A stretch of 20,000 nucleotides of DNA from Deltaproteobacteria bacterium (GTDB lineage: Bacteria > JAGRBM01 > JAHCIT01). Positions 16,097 through 20,000 of this stretch are shown here, in pieces. Each line of letters opens with the position of its first letter. Position 1 is the stretch's first letter. The position numbers and the translations under genes were made by a program. The DNA lies in the NCBI GenBank assembly GCA_026129095.1, contig JAHCIT010000010.1, forward strand, positions 114,200-134,199, read 5' to 3'. The notes beneath the pieces are model-generated. The model did not search any database. It was not told the origin of the DNA and saw only the letters and a list, made by a program, of their open reading frames with translations.

Positions 16097-17539
16097 TCAA
16101 CGTGTTCTTTTTTGGGCCGGTTCCGGCAGCAGTTTCTGCCACCGTGCCAGTTCCTTGCGGACCTCGCGGCGGGCGGTGCCGCCCGTGACGGCCCGTGCAT
16201 CCACGGCGTCGAGCGGCGAGAGCTCGCCGAGCATCCACTTGCGGATTTTCGATCCCGCCTTCCTGAGCGCCGCATCGTCGAGTCCGGTGAACGACCTTCC
16301 CGACTTTTCGCAGAAGGCGACAAGTTTTCCCACCTCCTCGTGCGCCTCGCGGAAGGGCATTCCCTCGCCCACCAGTATGTCGGCGAGATCAGTGGCGAGC
16401 AGCAGGGGGTCGCTCACGGCGGCCCGCATGGCTTGTGCGTTGAACCGGGCCGTTCGGATCATCCGGGCGGCAAGCGTGAGCCCCGCGGTCCAGGTTTCGG
16501 CCGCATCGAACAGGGGCTCTTTGTCCTCCTGGAGATCACGGTTGTAGGTGAGCGGGAGCCCCTTCACGGCCATCGACAGGGCAGCAAGTGAACCGAACAC
16601 CCGGCCCGATTTTCCACGCATCAGTTCGGCCACGTCGGGGTTCCGCTTCTGCGGCATTAGGGACGATCCGCTCGTGTAGGGTTCGGCGAGCCGTACAAAA
16701 CCGAACTCGGCCGACGACCAGAGGACCAGCTCCTCGGCGAGCCGTGACAGATGCAGCGCCGACAGGTTCGCCACGGAGAGGAACTCGACGATGGGGTCGC
16801 GGTCGGCGACCGCGTCCATCGAGTTGCGTGTGACACCGTCAAAACCCAGCTCTTTTGCCACGCCCTCGCGGTCCAGGGCATAGGGCGATCCGGCGATGGC
16901 GCCGGAGCCGAGCGGCAGCAGGTTGACCCGCTTCCGGGCGTCGAGGAGCCGCTCCCGGTCCCGCCAGAACATCGCGGCGTAGGCAAGAAGATGATGGGCG
17001 AGGCTTACCGGCTGGGCCCGCTGGAGGTGTGTGTAGCCGGGGAGCACGGTGTCCACCTGCCCGGCGGCGGTTTTCACGAAGGCTGCCACGAGGTCTTTGA
17101 GGAGCTCCACCGTGTGGTCAATCCGGTCCCTCAGGTACAGGCGCACGTCAACGGCCACCTGGTCATTGCGTGACCGGGCCGTGTGGAGCCGCCCGCCGGC
17201 CACGCCGATCCGGCGGGTCAGTTCCTTCTCGATGTTCATGTGAACATCTTCGGCGTCCGGATCCCAGCGGAACCGTCCGGCCGCGATATCCCGCCCGATG
17301 GCCTCAAGGCCTGCGACGATCTTTCTCGCGTCGGCGGGAGGGATAATCTTCTGGCGGCCAAGCATCCGGGCGTGGGAGATGGAGCCACGGACATCATAGG
17401 GGGCCAGTTTTGAATCGAAATGGACCGAGGCCATGTATGCCTCGGCCTCCGGATCGCGGCCTTCGCTGAACCGTCCGCCCCAGAGCCGGACCGGCTTCGC
17501 GCCTTTGGCCTTTCGTTTCTGGCGGCTGCCGCGCTTCAT
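16097..17539 (-). CDS. argH: Argininosuccinate lyase
   Basis: LWGGRF, EDVHMNIE, LHTARSRNDQV, PGYTHLQRAQP, GSSLMPQKRNPD, YNRDLQEDK. Confidence 0.98.
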   Translation of the reverse strand: MKRGSRQKRKAKGAKPVRLWGGRFSEGRDPEAEAYMASVHFDSKLAPYDVRGSISHARMLGRQKIIPPADARKIVAGLEAIGRDIAAGRFRWDPDAEDVHMNIEKELTRRIGVAGGRLHTARSRNDQVAVDVRLYLRDRIDHTVELLKDLVAAFVKTAAGQVDTVLPGYTHLQRAQPVSLAHHLLAYAAMFWRDRERLLDARKRVNLLPLGSGAIAGSPYALDREGVAKELGFDGVTRNSMDAVADRDPIVEFLSVANLSALHLSRLAEELVLWSSAEFGFVRLAEPYTSGSSLMPQKRNPDVAELMRGKSGRVFGSLAALSMAVKGLPLTYNRDLQEDKEPLFDAAETWTAGLTLAARMIRTARFNAQAMRAAVSDPLLLATDLADILVGEGMPFREAHEEVGKLVAFCEKSGRSFTGLDDAALRKAGSKIRKWMLGELSPLDAVDARAVTGGTARREVRKELARWQKLLPEPAQKRTR

Positions 17540-17667
17540 CCCGTGCGGACTACCTTTGGGGCGTGGCGAGCGTCAAGGGGAGTGGTGTTCCCATACGATA
17601 CGGCTGTTTATATAGCCTTCGTGCGTTCTGGTTTCCCGAGTGCGGAAAGACTAACTTGCTGCCGGTT

Positions 17668-18033
17668 ATGGCCAACATACTCGTAGTTGACGACGCGCCC
17701 GAAACGCTCGCCATCATGAAGAAGGCGCTCGGGATGATCAGCCATCAGGTGACGACCTGCGCGAATCCGCTCCAGGCCCTTGAGCGGCTGGGGTCGGAGA
17801 AGTTCGATCTCGTGTTCCTCGACATCATGATGCCCGGCATGGACGGCCTTGAACTGTGCCAGAAGATCCGGGCCGGGGAGCTGAACCGGGATGTGAAGAT
17901 CGTCATCTTCTCGGCCAAGAGCGATACCGAGCTGGTCCGCCTCGCCAAGACCTTCGGTGCCGACTTCTACCTTTCCAAGCCCGCCCAGGTGGCCAAGATT
18001 CACGAAATCACCCGCCGCATGGTTGGTGGGTGA
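17668..18033 (+). CDS. Single-domain (CheY-like) response regulator
   Basis: ILVVDD, FLDIMMPGMDG (phospho-Asp), FSA, GADFYLSKP. ATG at 17668 gives 121 aa. Confidence 0.93.
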   Translation: MANILVVDDAPETLAIMKKALGMISHQVTTCANPLQALERLGSEKFDLVFLDIMMPGMDGLELCQKIRAGELNRDVKIVIFSAKSDTELVRLAKTFGADFYLSKPAQVAKIHEITRRMVGG

Positions 18034-18135
18034 GGTTCTTGCCGTTCTGGGAATAAAAGCATCCCTGCCGTGTATCGGGGCAGCAGCAGAAATAGGCCTC
18101 GCGTAAATTTTCCGAAAATGTAATTATTTACCGAA

Positions 18136-20000
18136 ATGACTACGCGGTGCTTCTTCCAGCATCGGCTGCTGCCATGCGGCCCCGTGATATGGCTGTCTGC
18201 CGCCATAGGCGGGACCATCCTGTACGTGCTCAGGGCGGACCCTTCTGCTGGCATTATCACGACGCAGGATTTCATCCATCAAGCCTCGGTTCTTGAGTGG
18301 GTATACCGTTCGGTCTTTCTGGGAGCAGGTTCACTCCTCTCGCCGGACTTCTTCTATCCAATTGGAGGCATATCACTTACTTCCGAGCTTCCGTTGTTGC
18401 AGGGGCTATTGTACGCACTAATGCGGGCCGCGGGCCTGAATGTGTTTCTGGCATGGAATCTCGTTCTTGGACTGTGCGTGTATGCAGCCGTTATCGCGGC
18501 CTACTTCGCGTTCAGGTATGAAGGAACAGTTCCCGTAGTCTCCTTCTGGGCTGCCTTGGCCTATATATCCTGTATCATTTGGATATTTGGCCTAGTCAAT
18601 TCGATCTCGTACCGCTCTGCATTCGGCCCGCCACTGGCATGGATGTCGCTTTCCCGCATCCGGAATGGCGACGGAAAGGGATACTGGTGGCTGGCAGCGG
18701 CTCTGCTTTTCCAGTTTGCCGCCGGGATGACCAACACCCTGTCGACCCTGATTCTGGCCGGAGTCCGTGTGACGACTGACCCGGTCCTTCGACGGCATAT
18801 GCTCGGCTGTGGAGTTGCCTGCGTTCCGGTAGCACTCTGCGGGCTTGTTTATTCCCAAGTGATCCGGCTGTACAGTCCGCTTGGTCCGGCATCTGATCTG
18901 GGCCCTGTGATCTCCTCCCAGATATTTTTCCGGCTTGACCTGACCAATTTCCTGCCGTTCACTGGTGACATTTCTGATGCCTATGCCCGATATGCTCCAA
19001 CGGAGCGATCCGTTGAAATCTATCTTCTTCTCTGGCTGCTTCTGACGGCGATGAAACTCCGCTTCCCTGACCGGCTGCCGCGTGGCCATTGCCCGCCGCC
19101 CGCTCGCGGATGGGCTGGTGACGGTATTCTTGCGTTCCTGCTAGGCCTCACTGTGACAGGGGTTCTGTATGTGCAGATTGCAGCCAAAGCGGCCCTGCCG
19201 GATACAGTCTGGGCAGTCACTCTCCTGCTGTGGACAGCACTTTTCTGTCTATGGCTCCGGTCTGTCCGAGCCGAACCTTCGGTGCAGGGGGCACAGTTCG
19301 GGCCACTCCATGCGGTTGTTGGAGTATTGCTACTGGTGGGGCTTGGCCCGGTCCTGTTCGTTTCGGGCATGCCGGTAGCCGTGGGCCCATTGGCGCTGCT
19401 CGATATGGCAGTACCTGGTTTTGGAGCAATCCGTGTCCCTGCACGGCTGATGCTTGCGGGAGCTTTTGCCCTGTCGATGATGCTCGCGTGGCTGTGGGAA
19501 CGATCGTGGACAAACCGCACGAGAGCTGCAATGGCGGTCGCGGCAGCCGTCTTCTGCCTTTCACCAGCCAATTTACCCTGGGAACCCCCAGACTGGCGGA
19601 TAGAGGATATCCGGCTGGATGTGGCCGCCTGTTCCGAATGTTCGGACAAGGATCTGCGTAAGGTTCCGCTACCCTATCAGTGGATACTGGAGCAGGGAAA
19701 AGCGCCGCTGCTGGAGCTTCCCGCTGGAACCAACGACGGAATCCAACATGACCCTGTCTATCAGTTCTACTGGGTACTGGATGGCATTCCCCGGCTGAAC
19801 GGGGTCAGCTCCTACGAGCCGCCGGCGTATACGAGGTTTCGGCAGGAGATCAAGATGTTCCCGTCACCAGAAAGCATCAAGGCCATTCACGCACGCGGCG
19901 CACGATGGGTGATGGTCCATGGGAATCGTTACCCGGCCGAGGAATGGGAGCGGCTGCAGGCTGGGTTAGGGGGGGGGCGCCCGGGGCGGGGGGGGGGGGG
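18136..20000 (+). CDS. Multi-pass membrane protein, YfhO-like / GT-C-fold glycosyltransferase-like (3'-truncated by the window end)
   Basis: Manual translation from ATG 18136 shows no stop before 20000. Many hydrophobic helices and motifs SPDFFYP, GLGP, VPGFGAIRVPARL, PLLELP, YQFYW...RLNGVSSYEPP, FPSPESIKAIHARGARWVMVH. Confidence 0.75.
   Translation, partial: MTTRCFFQHRLLPCGPVIWLSAAIGGTILYVLRADPSAGIITTQDFIHQASVLEWVYRSVFLGAGSLLSPDFFYPIGGISLTSELPLLQGLLYALMRAAGLNVFLAWNLVLGLCVYAAVIAAYFAFRYEGTVPVVSFWAALAYISCIIWIFGLVNSISYRSAFGPPLAWMSLSRIRNGDGKGYWWLAAALLFQFAAGMTNTLSTLILAGVRVTTDPVLRRHMLGCGVACVPVALCGLVYSQVIRLYSPLGPASDLGPVISSQIFFRLDLTNFLPFTGDISDAYARYAPTERSVEIYLLLWLLLTAMKLRFPDRLPRGHCPPPARGWAGDGILAFLLGLTVTGVLYVQIAAKAALPDTVWAVTLLLWTALFCLWLRSVRAEPSVQGAQFGPLHAVVGVLLLVGLGPVLFVSGMPVAVGPLALLDMAVPGFGAIRVPARLMLAGAFALSMMLAWLWERSWTNRTRAAMAVAAAVFCLSPANLPWEPPDWRIEDIRLDVAACSECSDKDLRKVPLPYQWILEQGKAPLLELPAGTNDGIQHDPVYQFYWVLDGIPRLNGVSSYEPPAYTRFRQEIKMFPSPESIKAIHARGARWVMVHGNRYPAEEWERLQAGLGGGRPGRGGG
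19968..20000. other. Poly-G low-complexity end, probable sequencing or assembly artefact
   Basis: Normal coding sequence changes abruptly to G-runs (GGGGGGGGGGCGCCCGGGGCGGGGGGGGGGGGG) at the very end. Confidence 0.6.

Noticed and set aside
18297..19661. Several short ORFs on both strands listed in the track
   Set aside because: All are alternative frames of the single long plus-strand ORF starting at 18136.
19968..20000. G-rich tract as a G-quadruplex or phase-variable poly-G
   Set aside because: It sits at the very end of the sequence and looks like the poly-G artefact of two-colour sequencing. Read-level data would be needed to support it.
1..20000. CRISPR arrays, tRNA/rRNA genes, IS elements, integrases, defence systems
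   Set aside because: No regularly spaced repeats, cloverleaf structures, or transposase, integrase or nuclease motifs were seen by eye. Intergenic gaps are all short.

Overview
GC-rich bacterial chromosomal window. PEGA and DUF4124 proteins and the argH-lysA-dapF-dapA-dapB order suggest a Deltaproteobacteria/Myxococcota-like organism (inference). Most of it is housekeeping: a solitary dnaK, ilvE, two SDRs, an enoyl-CoA isomerase-like crotonase, cyaY, the argH-lysA-dapF-dapA-dapB cluster and a single-domain response regulator. Unexplained genes sit between these: (i) a DUF4124 plus PEGA secreted pair; (ii) an orphan GcvH with an altered lipoyl loop (ESEEKG); (iii) a membrane TPR protein with a PilC/GspF-like N-terminus; (iv) a 54-aa Cys-containing ORF right after cyaY with an apparent leaderless promoter; (v) an uncharacterised protein and lipoprotein pair following dapB; (vi) a >620-codon YfhO/GT-C-like membrane protein ORF with atypical codon usage, missing from the ORF track because it runs off the window end, which finishes in a probably artefactual poly-G. 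No rRNA, tRNA, CRISPR or mobile element was seen. All calls come from reading the sequence; no searches were run.
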